Shown here in pieces: positions 38,958-50,355 of a DNA stretch of 64,000 nt. The notes under the pieces are model-generated. The model was not told the origin of the DNA. It was given only the letters and a program-made list of their open reading frames with translations, and did not search any database. The DNA lies in the NCBI GenBank assembly GCA_963841435.1, contig CAWJCS010000004.1:800001-864000 (forward strand). The letters run 5' to 3'. The position numbers and the translations under genes were made by a program. Numbering within the stretch: the stretch's first letter is position 1; the number at the start of each line of letters is the position of its first letter. This DNA comes from an uncultured delta proteobacterium (GTDB lineage Bacteria > Myxococcota_A > Polyangia > Polyangiales > Polyangiaceae).

Positions 38958-39818
38958 ATGACGTTTCGCAAAATCCTCGTGCCGATCGATGGCTCGGAAA
39001 GTCAGCGCGCACCCTCTCGCGCTCGCTTTCGCCCTGGCCGCCCGGCACGCCGCCGCCGTCGATGTCCTGCACGCGCGGATGGACCCGATGGAAGCGGTGT
39101 CGTTCGTCGGCGAGGGCATGTCCGGCGAGGTCATCCAGGAGCTGATCGAATTGACGGAGCAGCAGTCGGTGGCGCGGGCGGCGGCGGCGCGCGCGCTCTT
39201 CGATGAGACCTGCAGGTCAGCGGCGATCGGAGAGGGACCACCGGCCGCGGGCAAACCATCCGCCCGTTACATCGAGCAGCTGGCGAGGGAGGACGAGGCG
39301 GTCGTCCGTCTCGGACGGGTCTGCGATCTCATCGTCGTCGCCCGACCGGCCGCCAGCCTCGATCCGGCAACACAATCGACACTGAACGCGGCGCTGTTCG
39401 AATCCGGCCATCCCGTCCTCGTTCCCGGCAAGGGCGAAGCCGTAGAGGCGGCTCCCTTCCGCCGCGTTCTCATCGCCTGGAGCGGCAGTACGGAAGCGGC
39501 GCGTGCCATCGCGTTCGCCCTGCCACTTCTGACGAGGCGGACGAGGTGACTGATCGCCGCCCCGGCCGCGGACGTCGATGCGCCGGCGATGCGGCGCAGC
39601 TCCTCGTCGATTATCTCGCCTGCCATGCGATCCCGGCCGACATCCGCCCGCTGGCCGAGCATCGCGGCGCCGGCGAGGCGCTTCTCGAAGCGGCGGCCGG
39701 CTTCGATTTGATGGTGATGGGCGCCTACACGCACAGCCGACTGTGGCAGCTGATCCTCGGCGGCGTCACCCGGCATATGCTGGAGCAGGCGCCGCTGCCC
39801 CTGTTCATGGCGCACTGA
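38958..39818 (+). CDS. Universal stress protein, tandem USP (frameshifted)
   Basis: KILVPIDGS, VLIAWSGS.EAARAI, VMGAYTHSRL..ILGGVTR..PLFMAH. Confidence 0.88.
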
Positions 39819-39822
39819 ACCG

Positions 39823-40563
39823 GTGACCGAAGCCCGCCCGACGGTGATCATCACCGGCGCCAGCCGCGGCATCGGCCATGCCACGGCGAAGGCGTTCCTC
39901 GACCGGAGCTGGCGGATCATTACGTGCTCGCGCGACGACGTGCCGGCCGAATGCAAGCGCGATCCCAACTGGACGCTGCACATCCCGACCGATCTCGGCG
40001 ACGCCGCCAGCTGTGCCGCGTTCGTCCGTGCCGCCAACGATGCCCTGGCCGGCGGTCCGCTCGCGGCGCTGGTCAACAATGCCGGCCGCTCGCCGAAGAC
40101 CCCTTACAAGGAACGCCTCGGCTGTCTCAACGGCGATCTCGATGCCTGGCACGAGGTGCTCGAGGTGAATTTCTTCGCGCCGCTCCGCCTCGTCCGCGGC
40201 TTCGCGGCGGCCCTGCACCGGGGCAAGGGCGCGGTGGTCAACGTCACCTCGATCGCCGGTCATACCATCCACCCGTTCGCCGGCTCGGCCTATTCCATCT
40301 CGAAGGCGGCCCTGTCGGCGCTCACCCGCGAACTCGCCCACGAATGCGCCGCCCTCGACGTCCGGGTCAACGCCGTCGCTCCGGGCGAGATCGAGACCGA
40401 CATGATCCAGCCGGACTACGAGGTGCTGATTCCGCGGATTCCGCTCGAGCGCATGGGCGCGCCGGCCGATGTCGCCAACGCCATTTTTTATCTCTGTTCG
40501 CCCGAGGCCGGCTACGTCACCGGCACCGAGCTGTGGGTGACCGGCGGCCAGCACCTCTATTGA
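39823..40563 (+). CDS. Short-chain dehydrogenase/reductase
   Basis: TGASRGIG, NNAG, YSISK, RVNAVAPG. Confidence 0.9.
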   Translation: MTEARPTVIITGASRGIGHATAKAFLDRSWRIITCSRDDVPAECKRDPNWTLHIPTDLGDAASCAAFVRAANDALAGGPLAALVNNAGRSPKTPYKERLGCLNGDLDAWHEVLEVNFFAPLRLVRGFAAALHRGKGAVVNVTSIAGHTIHPFAGSAYSISKAALSALTRELAHECAALDVRVNAVAPGEIETDMIQPDYEVLIPRIPLERMGAPADVANAIFYLCSPEAGYVTGTELWVTGGQHLY

Positions 40564-40599
40564 TCTTAGCCCACTGATCGTCGCCGGCCCTTCGCTCGA

Positions 40600-42587
40600 T
40601 CAGCCTCCCGACTGGCCGACGAGCTGGTAGAACACCTGGATGAGGGTGGCGACGAAGACGTAGCCCATCACCTTCAGCAGCACGAAATAGTAGCGGACGG
40701 CGTTGCTGATGCCGATGCCCTCGAACTCCTGGCGCAGGGTCACCGCCGGCAACAGGGTGTTGACGGTGTACTCGGCGGCAAACCAGATGGAGCGCTGCCG
40801 CCCTTCGGGTGTCCGATAGCGGAAGAGGCACGTGCCGATGAGGACGAGCAAGAGGAACCAGCCGAGTGCCCGGGCCGGCCGATAGCCATAGCCGTTGACG
40901 AGCCACGTCGCCGTCAGCACGGCGCTGTTTCTCGCCCGTCCCACGGGCTCTCGGGGTGCGCCGCACCATCGACACCGGTCCAGGCTTCGGATTGCGCCAC
41001 CGGCACGGTCGCCGGCCGGCCGGCGAGATCGCTCTTCCGCAGCACGCAGGCTTCGATGTCGTGTCCGGTGTCGCTGCCGGCGGCGATGCACCGCTCGATG
41101 TCGCGACTGGTGAACAAGATCGCGTCCCGGCTGTCGCGCCGGCCCTGTGCCTGCATCACCGCGGCGAGCTGTTCGTATGGTTGACGGGTGTAGCTGCGGT
41201 CGCGGGCGAGCCACGCGATCAGCCAGGCGTCGTCGCGCGCCTGAACGATGCGGCGTTCGTCCCCGTAGCTGCGCTCCTCGCGGCCGAGGCCGTCCCAGGC
41301 GCCGTAGGTGAACCCGTCGAGAACGAGCAGGGGCGCCCAGGACTGGCGCTTCGCTCCGTTCTGTGGCTCGCCCTCCGGCGGAAGCTCGGGCCGGTTGGTG
41401 ACGGGGCGGTTTGTATAGAGCCCGCCCAGGTCCTGGATCTTGCCGACCGCGACGTTTCTCAGCATCAAGACCGAGCGGTCGCCCCAGGTGTTCGGCGGCA
41501 TATGGTCGATCGAGCCGAGAAAGAGCTGGCCGCCGATGCGGGTGCCGCTGAGGTTGAGGAGACCGAGATGGGTGAGGTCGGCTCCGCTGAGAAACAGGTT
41601 GCCGCGGATGTCGGAGTTGTAGAGGTTCCACCCCGTGGCCGGTTGCCCAGCGTTCGCCGCGCCACCCGCCGCCGCGCCGTTCGGACAGTCCGGCCGTCCC
41701 GGCCAGGCGATTCCCCAGGCCGCCAGCAATTCGCCGACCCGGATCGTTCCCATGTTCAGATCGGCGCAGAAGCGCCCCCCTGTCAGGCGCAGATCACCGT
41801 CGATGCGGGCACGATCGAGCGAAACCTCGCTCTCGGCGATGATGCCGCCCAGATCAAGGGAGCCGTCGATGCGGATGTCAGCCATATCGACGGGCGCCGC
41901 GAACCGCGTCGGCGCCTCCGGTTGCACCGGTTCGGCGGCGGGCGGACCGGACGACGGTTTGATGGCAACGTTCGGACGGTCGAGACTGTCGCTGCCGAAC
42001 ACCGCCTGACCGCCGATGTGGGCGCCCTGGAGCAGCACCGGTGCCGCGTAGGTCGCTCCGCCGCCGAGAAACATCGATCCGCGAACGTCGATCTCGTTCA
42101 TCACCAACGGCTGCGCAAAGTGGGATCCTGCGAATGACAGCACCTTGTCGGCGCGCACCCGCTCGAGCGACACCGGGGCATCGAAGCGCGAGTGGCGAAG
42201 GCGGAACTGCACGGCGATGTTGGTACCCTGCAAATCGATCGGCTCGGTGAACCAGGCGTTGACGATATGCACGCCGCGCGGGGGCAGATCGCACAACCGG
42301 CCAAAGACGAGATCGGCGAGGAAGGCGGCGCCGAGCCGGCGGCCGGTCGGGCTGTCGGAGATCCCGGCGAGGTCGGCGACATCGCCGGCGCACACGCGCG
42401 CCATCGCCCACCGCTCGGCGGCGGTGGAATTGACTAAGGCGTTCGGTTCGCTCGCGGCGCGGGCCTCGGTTGTTGTCAAAGCGCACGCCAGGATCACGCC
42501 CAGGACGCCGGCGACAGGCCGCGGCCGCCCCCTGGCGAACCATCTGCCGGCGGACCAACTGTCAGTGATCAGGATTCGCTCCGGCAT
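40600..42587 (-). CDS. Uncharacterised beta-solenoid-repeat protein with C-terminal membrane module (frameshift near 41000)
   Basis: Repeated LxxxxIxGxLxL units, PYEQLAAV, GYGYRPARALGW TM, YTVNTLLP, final TM. Confidence 0.65.
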
Positions 42588-43369
42588 CCGGCGAGGGGCG
42601 ACGGGCCGGCATCCCGTTGCGGGTTGAACCAGGCGAGCCGCTCTGCAAGTGCGACCACCCGGCCGATGACGATCAGGGTCGGCGCCGCCATGTCGAGGCC
42701 GAAGACGCGGGCCGGCAGTTCGCCCAAGGAGGTGATCAGCGTTACCTGGTCCGGACGGGTGCCGTTGACGATGATCGCGGCGGGCGTAGATGGGGCGAGG
42801 CCGTGGCCGATGAGTTCGCCCGCGATCCGCTCGACGTGGATGCGACCCATGTAAAGGACGAGGGTGGTATCCGGATCGGCAAGGGCCCGCCAGTCGAGAT
42901 CGAGATCGACGTCCTCCTTGGCGTGGCCGGTGACGAAGCGGACGCCGTGGGCGAGACCGCGATGGGTTAAGGGAATGCCGGCGTAGGCGGTGCAGCCGGA
43001 GGCGGATGTCACGCCGGGGACGATCTCGAAGGGGACGCCGTGCGCCGAGAGGCACTCCGCCTCTTCGCCGCCGCGACCAAAAAGGAAGGGATCGCCGCCC
43101 TTCAGGCGCACCACCTTGCGGCCGCTGCGGGCAAGACCGACGAGCAGCGAATTGATCTCCGCCTGCGGCACGTGATGATGGCGGGCGATCTTGCCGGCGA
43201 AGATGCGCGACGTTCCGACCGGGATCAGCGCCAGGATCGGCGGCGACACCAGCCGGTCGTAAACGACGACATCGGCCTCGCGGATCAACCGCAGCGCCTT
43301 CAGCGTCAAGAGATCGGGATCGCCCGGGCCGGCCCCGACCAGCGCCACCGGATGGATGGTTTCCGCCAC
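42569..43369 (-). CDS. cobA: Uroporphyrinogen-III C-methyltransferase
   Basis: LVGAGPGDPDLLTLKA, VVRLKGGDPFLFGRGGEE, LVLYMG. Confidence 0.93.
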   Translation of the reverse strand: MAETIHPVALVGAGPGDPDLLTLKALRLIREADVVVYDRLVSPPILALIPVGTSRIFAGKIARHHHVPQAEINSLLVGLARSGRKVVRLKGGDPFLFGRGGEEAECLSAHGVPFEIVPGVTSASGCTAYAGIPLTHRGLAHGVRFVTGHAKEDVDLDLDWRALADPDTTLVLYMGRIHVERIAGELIGHGLAPSTPAAIIVNGTRPDQVTLITSLGELPARVFGLDMAAPTLIVIGRVVALAERLAWFNPQRDAGPSPLAGCRSES

Positions 43370-43571
43370 CAACCTCGCCCTCCCTTTCCGCCCTGGGGCG
43401 ACGGGTGGTATCGTTCCTTGCCCTGCCGCAACGCTCATAAGCGAAGCGGTGGGCAACGACAAGGCCCGGCGTCACCCGCCGTCCGGACGGCGCCTCTTGA
43501 GCGCGGCCCTGCGGCTGACGATACTCGCTGCAAACGGCGCACAGGCGAGAACAGACGGCAAGGACGAGGGC

Positions 43572-44694
43572 GTGGACGAACGCATCGACGGAGCGACTCG
43601 TGGAAGCGACGCAACGGCGGGAACGGACCGCCTGATCGCCGTCTGGCTGTTGGCCGTAGCGGCGATGGTGCTCGTCATGGTCGTCCTCGGCGGCCTCACC
43701 CGGCTCACCCATTCCGGGCTCTCGATGGTCGAATGGCAGCCGCTCACCGGCTGGCTGCCGCCGCTGAGCGAGGACGGCTGGCAGGCCCAGTTTGCCGCCT
43801 ATCAGCGCTATCCCGAGTTCCGCCTGCTCAATCCGGACATGACGCCGGCCCAGTTCAAGTCGATCTTCTGGCTGGAGTACGTTCACCGGTTGTGGGGGCG
43901 GATGATCGGCGTGGCTTTCTTCGCGCCCTTCCTCGTCTTTCTCATCCAAGGGCGGATCCGCGGCCGCCTCGCCGCCGGCTGCGCCGTCCTATTCGTCCTC
44001 GGCGCGCTGCAAGGGGTGCTCGGGTGGTTCATGGTCGAGAGCGGCCTGATCGAGAACCCCGATGTCAGCCCCTACCGGCTCACCGCGCACTTCATCTTGG
44101 CGCTTCTTCTTCTTGGTGCGCTCGTCTTAACCGCGCTCGGCGTGCTCTATCCGACGCTCCCCGGCGGTCGCGGCGGGCGTCTGCGGACGGCGCCGCTGGC
44201 CCTCGTCCTGCTCATCCTGGCGACCCTCACCTCCGGCGGCTTCGTCGCCGGCACCGATGCGGGCTACCACTTCAATACGTTCCCGCTGATGGACGGACGA
44301 CTGATCCCGGAGGATCTGTTCGTCCTTGATCCGGCCTGGCGCAACGCCTTCGAAAACGTGCCGCTCGTCCAGTTGATCCATCGGCTCCTGGCGGTCACGA
44401 CGCTGCTGGCGGTGATCGGCTGGCGGATCGCATCGGCGCCGACTGCCGGCCACCGGGCGAGGGCGGCTCGCCGGCAATCTGCTCGTCGCCGCGGTTCTGG
44501 TTCAGGTCGCGCTCGGCATCGCAACCCTTCTCCTCCACATGCCGATTGGTCTTGCCGCGTGGCATCAGGCGAACGGCGTCCTCGTCTGGGCGCTGGCGCT
44601 GTGGGTTCTGTTCGAGACGCGGGTAACGCCGCGCACGCTTCGAGAGGCAACCGGCGGCAAAACCATCGGCGAAGGGGCTTCGCGGCCCGCCTGA
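43572..44694 (+). CDS. ctaA: Heme A synthase COX15/CtaA (frameshift near the 3' end)
   Basis: GGLTRLTHSGLSMVEW, FWLEYVHRLWGR, VSPYRLTAH, QLIHR. Confidence 0.9.
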
Positions 44695-44800
44695 GGCGTC
44701 ATCTTTCTCCCCACGCGCCTTAATTTTGCGACACCCGGGTGCGGAGGATTGGTTGAAGCGGGGGTTTTCCCTATACTCACGATAACAGGGCGGATAAACG

Positions 44801-46417
44801 ATGCGAGCGATCGGGCATTCCCGGGTTCGCAAGCCCGGCGCGGCCGAGACGCGAGCGAGGATGATCAGGTTCGGGTGTAACGTGGCGTCAGATCAACTGT
44901 CTGCATCAAACCGACGGTCTTCGACCCGGGCATCGCTGCGCCGCGGCCTTCTTGCTTTCACCGCCGTCGCCGCCTTCGCCGCCGGATTGCTTCCGGCGCT
45001 TTCCGGCTGTGCCGACGAGACTCCCTCGTTTCAGCGGATCGCGGAAGCCGTCGGCATCGATCCCTACCGCGCGTCTTCCGAGACCAATCGCGAACTCAAT
45101 CGCTTCAACGATGTCTTCGCCCTCTATGCCTCGGACCCGCAGAACAATCGGCAGCTCAAGCAGTTCCGCGACGCCTTCAAGCGCGTCCGCACCTCCTATG
45201 TCGAAGACGTTTCGGATGCCAAGCTGATCGATGCCGCCGTCGAGGGCGTCAAGGCGCAGAACCCGCAGCCGCATTCGATGAAGGCGGCGGAGCTGGTGGA
45301 GACGGCGCTGGACGCCATCACCGCGTCGCTCGACCCGCACTCGGCCTACCTCAATCCCGACGAACTGCGCGAATCCGAGCTGGTGACATCCGGCGAATTC
45401 GGCGGACTCGGCCTGCAGGTGACCCAGGAGGACGGCAAGCTGAAGGTCATCTCGCCGATCGAGGGGACTCCGGCCGACCGCGCCGGCCTCAAGCCGGGCG
45501 ACGTGATCAGCCACCTCGACGGCAAACCGGTCGAGGGGATGAGCCTGCGCAACGCCGTCAACGCCATGCGCGGCAAGCCCGGCACCGCGGTCAAGCTGAC
45601 CATCCAGCGCGACCAGGAACAGCCGTTCGACGTCTCCGTTACCCGCGCCGTCATCACCATCGAGCCGGTGCGCTGGCACATGGAAACCGACGTCGCCTAC
45701 CTCCGCGTCGTCAGCTTCAACGAGCGGACGGCGGAGGCGGTGGAGGCGGCGCTGAAGGACATCCGCGCCCGCCAGGGCGGCGATCTCCGCGGCATTGTCC
45801 TCGATCTTCGCAACAATCCGGGCGGGCTGCTCGATCAGTCGCTGGCGGTCGCCGATGATTTCCTCGAAGAGGGGGTGATCGTCACCATCCGCGGCCGCGA
45901 ACACGGCAGCGACCGCACCTTCTGGGCGAGTTCGGGCGACATGGCCCGAGAGATACCGTTGGTCGTCCTCGTCAATGCCGGCTCCGCATCGGCGTCCGAG
46001 ATCGTCGCCGCGGCGCTGCAGGATCACAATCGGGCAACGGTGATGGGTGCGCGCACCTTCGGCAAAGGCTCGGTGCAGACGGTCATGCGGCTGCCGATCG
46101 AAGGTGCGTTGAAGCTGACGACGGCGCTGTATTACGCGCCTTCCGGCGAGGCGATCCAGGCGCAGGGAGTGGTTCCCGATATCCAGCTCGTCGGCGCCCC
46201 CGCCGCCGAGGACGAATCGCACGAGGCCGACCTTCCGCACGCACTGCCGCCGCAGAGCCAGAACCGCCACGTCTCGCGGGCGACCGTCGAGGTCTCCAAG
46301 TGCCCGGAGATCGGCGAGGCCAAGGACCGCGAACTCGGCTGCGCGCTGTCGTTCCTGCACGCCGGCGGCTCGACCGATCGCTTTCTCGCCGCCCTCGCTC
46401 AAAAGGCGAAACTGTAG
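44801..46417 (+). CDS. ctpA: Carboxyl-terminal protease, S41 family
   Basis: LDPHSAY, GEFGGLG, PDZ domain, LDLRNNPGG, SASASEIVA, TFGKGSVQ; start uncertain. Confidence 0.9.
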   Translation: MRAIGHSRVRKPGAAETRARMIRFGCNVASDQLSASNRRSSTRASLRRGLLAFTAVAAFAAGLLPALSGCADETPSFQRIAEAVGIDPYRASSETNRELNRFNDVFALYASDPQNNRQLKQFRDAFKRVRTSYVEDVSDAKLIDAAVEGVKAQNPQPHSMKAAELVETALDAITASLDPHSAYLNPDELRESELVTSGEFGGLGLQVTQEDGKLKVISPIEGTPADRAGLKPGDVISHLDGKPVEGMSLRNAVNAMRGKPGTAVKLTIQRDQEQPFDVSVTRAVITIEPVRWHMETDVAYLRVVSFNERTAEAVEAALKDIRARQGGDLRGIVLDLRNNPGGLLDQSLAVADDFLEEGVIVTIRGREHGSDRTFWASSGDMAREIPLVVLVNAGSASASEIVAAALQDHNRATVMGARTFGKGSVQTVMRLPIEGALKLTTALYYAPSGEAIQAQGVVPDIQLVGAPAAEDESHEADLPHALPPQSQNRHVSRATVEVSKCPEIGEAKDRELGCALSFLHAGGSTDRFLAALAQKAKL

Positions 46418-46432
46418 GCGCTCCGCGGGCCT

Positions 46433-47264
46433 TCAGTAGCCCCACTCGGTGGCTCGCTGACGCAGCGTCGCTTGCGGAACGGCAACGACCGACGCTCGTC
46501 GATAGCGGGCGAGCAGGCGATTGTAGGTGCCGTCTTCCTGCATCGCCCGGAACGCCGCCTGCCAGCGCGCCGCTTCGTCGTCGGAAACGTCCTTTGAAGC
46601 GGCGAGGTAGATGTCGCTCTGCCGGACGATTTCGCCGAAATTCAGGGCCGCCGTGTCGCCGCCGACGAGCCGCGTGGCGTAGAAAATCATCAGCCGTGGC
46701 GCCAACCAGCCGTCGATCAGCCGCTCACGGAGGTCGAGCGCATTCAGCCATTCCTCCGGGCGGGCCACGATGCGGGTGAAGCCACGTTCCTCGAGCAGCC
46801 GCTCCGCCCCGCTCGTGCGCAGAACGCCGACCGGCCGGTTTTTCAACGCATCGAGCGTCGAGACATCGACTCCGGTGCCGCCGACGACAACCAGGTCGTC
46901 GACGACGATCCGAACCAGCCAGCGGTAATGATCTTCCCGCTCGGGGCTGCGGGTCAGGGCCAGTATGCCGATGTTCGGCTGCGACATCGCCAGTTGCTGC
47001 GCCGCCGTCCAGCCCATGAACTCGATTTGTCCGGAGTGGCCGATACGTGCGGCCATTTCCCGCACCGTGTCGTAGACCACGCCTTCGGCCCGGCCGCGGG
47101 TTTCGCTCACCGCGGTCATCAGCGGCGGCGGGTCGTGGTAGCAATAGGGCGGCAACTCGGCGGTCACCAGCCGAAGCTCTTCGGCGCGTGGCTGCGGTGC
47201 AGCCAGAAGATTGGAGCCAGAAGATGAGGAGGAGGACGGGGAGCGTGGCCAGGCGGAGACGCAT
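46433..47264 (-). CDS. Solute-binding protein family 3 (frameshift after the signal peptide)
   Basis: LVTAELPPY, TRSPERE..YRW, YLAASK, AMQEDGTY. Confidence 0.75.
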
Positions 47265-47275
47265 CGGCGGATTCC

Positions 47276-48661
47276 TCAAAACGAGCCGAAGGTGATTCCG
47301 AGCACCATGACGACGACGGTCGCCAACACCGGGCCGATGACGCTGCAGACCAGGATGTCGAGATACGACTGACGGTGCGTCAGCCCGCAGATGGCGAGCA
47401 AGGTGATCACCGCGCCGTTGTGCGGCAGCGAATCGAAGCCGCCGGACGACATCGAGGCGACCCGGGCGAGCAGTTCGAGCGATGTCCCGTCGACCCGCGC
47501 CTCGCCGATGAACTGTTCGCTCATCGCCTGCAACGCGATCGAAAGCCCACCCGACGCGGACCCGGTGATCCCGGCGAGGACATTGACGGCGAGGAAGACG
47601 CCGACCACCGGGTTGGTGGCGACCGTTGCCATCGCATCGCGGACGATGGCGAAGGCCGGCAAGCTGGCGATCACAGACCCATAGCCGACCTCGGACGCCG
47701 TGTTGAAGATCGGCAGCATGGCGCCGAACGTGCCTTTGTTGATGGTTTCCACCACGCTCTTGAGGCGCGACCAGTTGAGCAGCACGCAAACGAGGGAGGC
47801 AATCAGCACCGCGCTGACGATCGACCAGATGGTCAGCACGCCGGAGAGCTTGGTCGCGCCATATCTCGGTTCGGCGAGGAAGCCGGTGTCCATCGCCGGA
47901 AACACGACCTTCGAGAAGAGATAATTGAGGCCGATGACGAGAAGGATCGGGATGATTGCGACGAAGAACGGCGGCAGCGGGCCGGTTTCGGCCGCCGCTG
48001 CCGGCGCCTCGTCGTGGATGCCGTAGCCCTCGCCCTTCCTGCGCGCCGAGTGCGCCCGCCACTGCAGCCAGAGCATGCCGAGGACGAACATCAAGACGCC
48101 GCCGATGGCGCCGAGACCGGGGGCGGCGAACGGAGTGGTACCGAAGAACGGCCCTGGAATGGCGTTCTGGATGGAGGGGGTGCCGGGCAAGGCCGTCATC
48201 GTGAAGGTAAACGCGCCGAGGGCGATGGCGCCCGGCAAAAGACGCTTCGGCACATCACCCGCTTTGAGCAGTGCGGCGCCGACCGGATAAACGGCAAAGG
48301 CCACGACGAACAGGGACACGCCGCCGTAGGTGAGGACACCGCAGGCGAGCACGATGGCGAGAAGCGCCCTCTCGGCGCCGACATGTTCGGCGATGCGTTC
48401 GGCAATGACGCGCGCCGAGCCGGAATCGTCCATCACCTTGCCGAAGATCGCGCCAAGCATGAACAACGGGAAGAACTTGGCGAGATATTTGCCGAGTTCG
48501 ACCATGAAAACCTGCGTGTAGGTGCCGAGCAGCGGCGTGTCACCGGCGAAAATCACCGCCACGGTCGCACAGATCGGTGCCAGAAACAGGACGTTGATGC
48601 CCCTGTAGGCGAGATAGATAAGGAGGGCGAGGGAAAGGACGATGCCGATAACGCCGAGCAT
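47276..48661 (-). CDS. GntP-family permease
   Basis: FMLGAIFGKVMDDSG, LTYGGVSLFVVAF, PGTPSIQN, LPHNGAVITLL. Confidence 0.88.
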   Translation of the reverse strand: MLGVIGIVLSLALLIYLAYRGINVLFLAPICATVAVIFAGDTPLLGTYTQVFMVELGKYLAKFFPLFMLGAIFGKVMDDSGSARVIAERIAEHVGAERALLAIVLACGVLTYGGVSLFVVAFAVYPVGAALLKAGDVPKRLLPGAIALGAFTFTMTALPGTPSIQNAIPGPFFGTTPFAAPGLGAIGGVLMFVLGMLWLQWRAHSARRKGEGYGIHDEAPAAAAETGPLPPFFVAIIPILLVIGLNYLFSKVVFPAMDTGFLAEPRYGATKLSGVLTIWSIVSAVLIASLVCVLLNWSRLKSVVETINKGTFGAMLPIFNTASEVGYGSVIASLPAFAIVRDAMATVATNPVVGVFLAVNVLAGITGSASGGLSIALQAMSEQFIGEARVDGTSLELLARVASMSSGGFDSLPHNGAVITLLAICGLTHRQSYLDILVCSVIGPVLATVVVMVLGITFGSF

Positions 48662-48789
48662 GATGAGTGCCTCCTGCGCGCTTTTTTTTCCGCGATCGGG
48701 TCGGTCCCGCGATCGGGTCGGGACGAACGGTCCCGTTCGTATTCGGCCTTGATCCAAGCGTAGCAGCGGCAACCCGCAGAGTCTCGCGT

Positions 48790-49319
48790 TCAGGGACGCG
48801 GACCCGGCGGCGGGCGCAACAGATCCGAGGTGACCTGGCGGACAAGGGCGAGAAAGTGCCGATCGTTCGGCCCGTCGCTTCGGCCGAGGCGGCCGCTCAC
48901 GTCGGCGAGCAACCGGTCTCCGTCGCAGAACACCGCCTGCATGCGAATCCCGCCCGCGACCTCAGGCGAGCCCCCGCCTCGACGTCGCCGCAGCCGGCCC
49001 TGCCGCCGCCGTTGAAGACGACGACGATGCGCAGGCCGCGGCCGACGCTTTCCGCCGGAACGAGAACGAAGCGGGCGTTGCGGTTCCAGGTGATCGCCTC
49101 GGCCATCGTTTTGACCACGGTTTCGGCGACACGCGCCGGCGCCTCGGCGAACGCCCGGCCGGCGACGACGACGGGCAGCGGCATGGCCCCTTGCGCGATC
49201 GCCCACGGATCCTCGATGCGGAAGGCGACCGTCGTGATCGGCACGTCGTCGCAGCCGGCGACGAGCGCAGGCAGGAGGAAGGTCAGCAGGCGGAGAACAG
49301 ACCGGCCAAGAACGCGCAT
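48790..49319 (-). CDS. Hypothetical lipoprotein (frameshifted)
   Basis: Lipobox VAGC after a hydrophobic stretch; C-terminus MQAVFCDGDRLLA continues in another frame. Confidence 0.55.
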
Positions 49320-49376
49320 CGCCGACCTCCGCAACCAAATCCGCGGGGCCCGCATCGCCAGGCGCCGAGGCCGGCC

Positions 49377-50123
49377 TCAGTAGGTGCGGATGAGGGCGAC
49401 GAGACGGCCCTGAACCTTGACCTGCTCGGGGCCGCAGATGCGGGTCTCGTACTTGGGGTTGGCGGGTTCGAGGGCAATCGAGTTGCCGCGCCGGCGCAGA
49501 CGCTTCAGCGTCACCTCCTCGTTGTCGACGAGGGCGACGACGATCGCGCCGTTATCGGCATTGTCGGTGCGCTCGATGATCACCGTATCGCCGTCGAAGA
49601 TTCCGGCCTCGATCATCGAATCGCCTTCGACCTCGAGCGCGTAGTGCTCGTTGCGGGAGATCAGCTCCTGCGAGACATCGATACTCCTCGACTGGTCGCG
49701 CAGCGCCGTGATCGGCGTTCCGGCGGCGATCTTCCCGTACAGCGGCAAGGTGACGATGCCCCGCGGCGGCGCCGCTTCCGGTTCCGGCTCGGGCGAGCGG
49801 AAATCGTGGCGGATGACGTTCGACGGCAGCCGTTCCGAGGGCGGGAGAGCCCGGATGCCGCGGTTGCGGCAGAGGCCGGGCCTGTTGCCGGTTCGCTGCC
49901 GCCGATGTTGCTCGGCATGCGAATGATTTCGAGCGCGCGCGCCCGATGCGGCAGGCGGCGGATGAACCCCCGTTCCTCAAGGCCGGTGATCAGCCGATGG
50001 ATTCCCGACTTTGAGCGCAGCCCGAGCGCCTCCTTCATCTCGTCGAAGGAGGGTGGCACCCCAGCCTCCTGCAGAGCGCCGACTGATGAACATCAAGAGC
50101 TCATGCTGTTTGCGTGTGAGCAT
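49377..50123 (-). CDS. lexA: SOS repressor LexA (frameshifted)
   Basis: [52 protein letters not shown]. Confidence 0.95.
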
Positions 50124-50208
50124 CGACCTCTCCTACCAACCCTGTAATTCCCCGTGGGCCACGCACCGGTTGAGTCCGGTCGCGCCGAGTTCCTTTGCGC
50201 AGAATTTA

Positions 50209-50248
50209 GAACAAAAACCAAACCGGGCGCAATGTTCTATTTTGGTTC
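50209..50248. promoter_or_regulatory. Alphaproteobacterial SOS boxes upstream of lexA
   Basis: GTTC-TATTTTG-GTTC (50234-50248) and oppositely oriented GAAC-AAAAACC-AAAC (50209-50223). Confidence 0.85.
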
Positions 50249-50355
50249 CGCAAATGCGTAAGAAAAAATCAGCGGATTTCCGGCCGCTCCGCCTCGGAAA
50301 ATCACCGGACAGGTGCAGGAGGCGATGAATTCCGCAGCCGGGTCGGCGCGGGCGA

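Noticed and set aside
40914-43949. 1011 aa ORF and other long Arg/Pro-rich ORFs in the track
   Set aside because: Shadow or run-through frames typical of high-GC DNA; only the part from 42587 downward looks coding, and the rest overlaps cobA and ctaA
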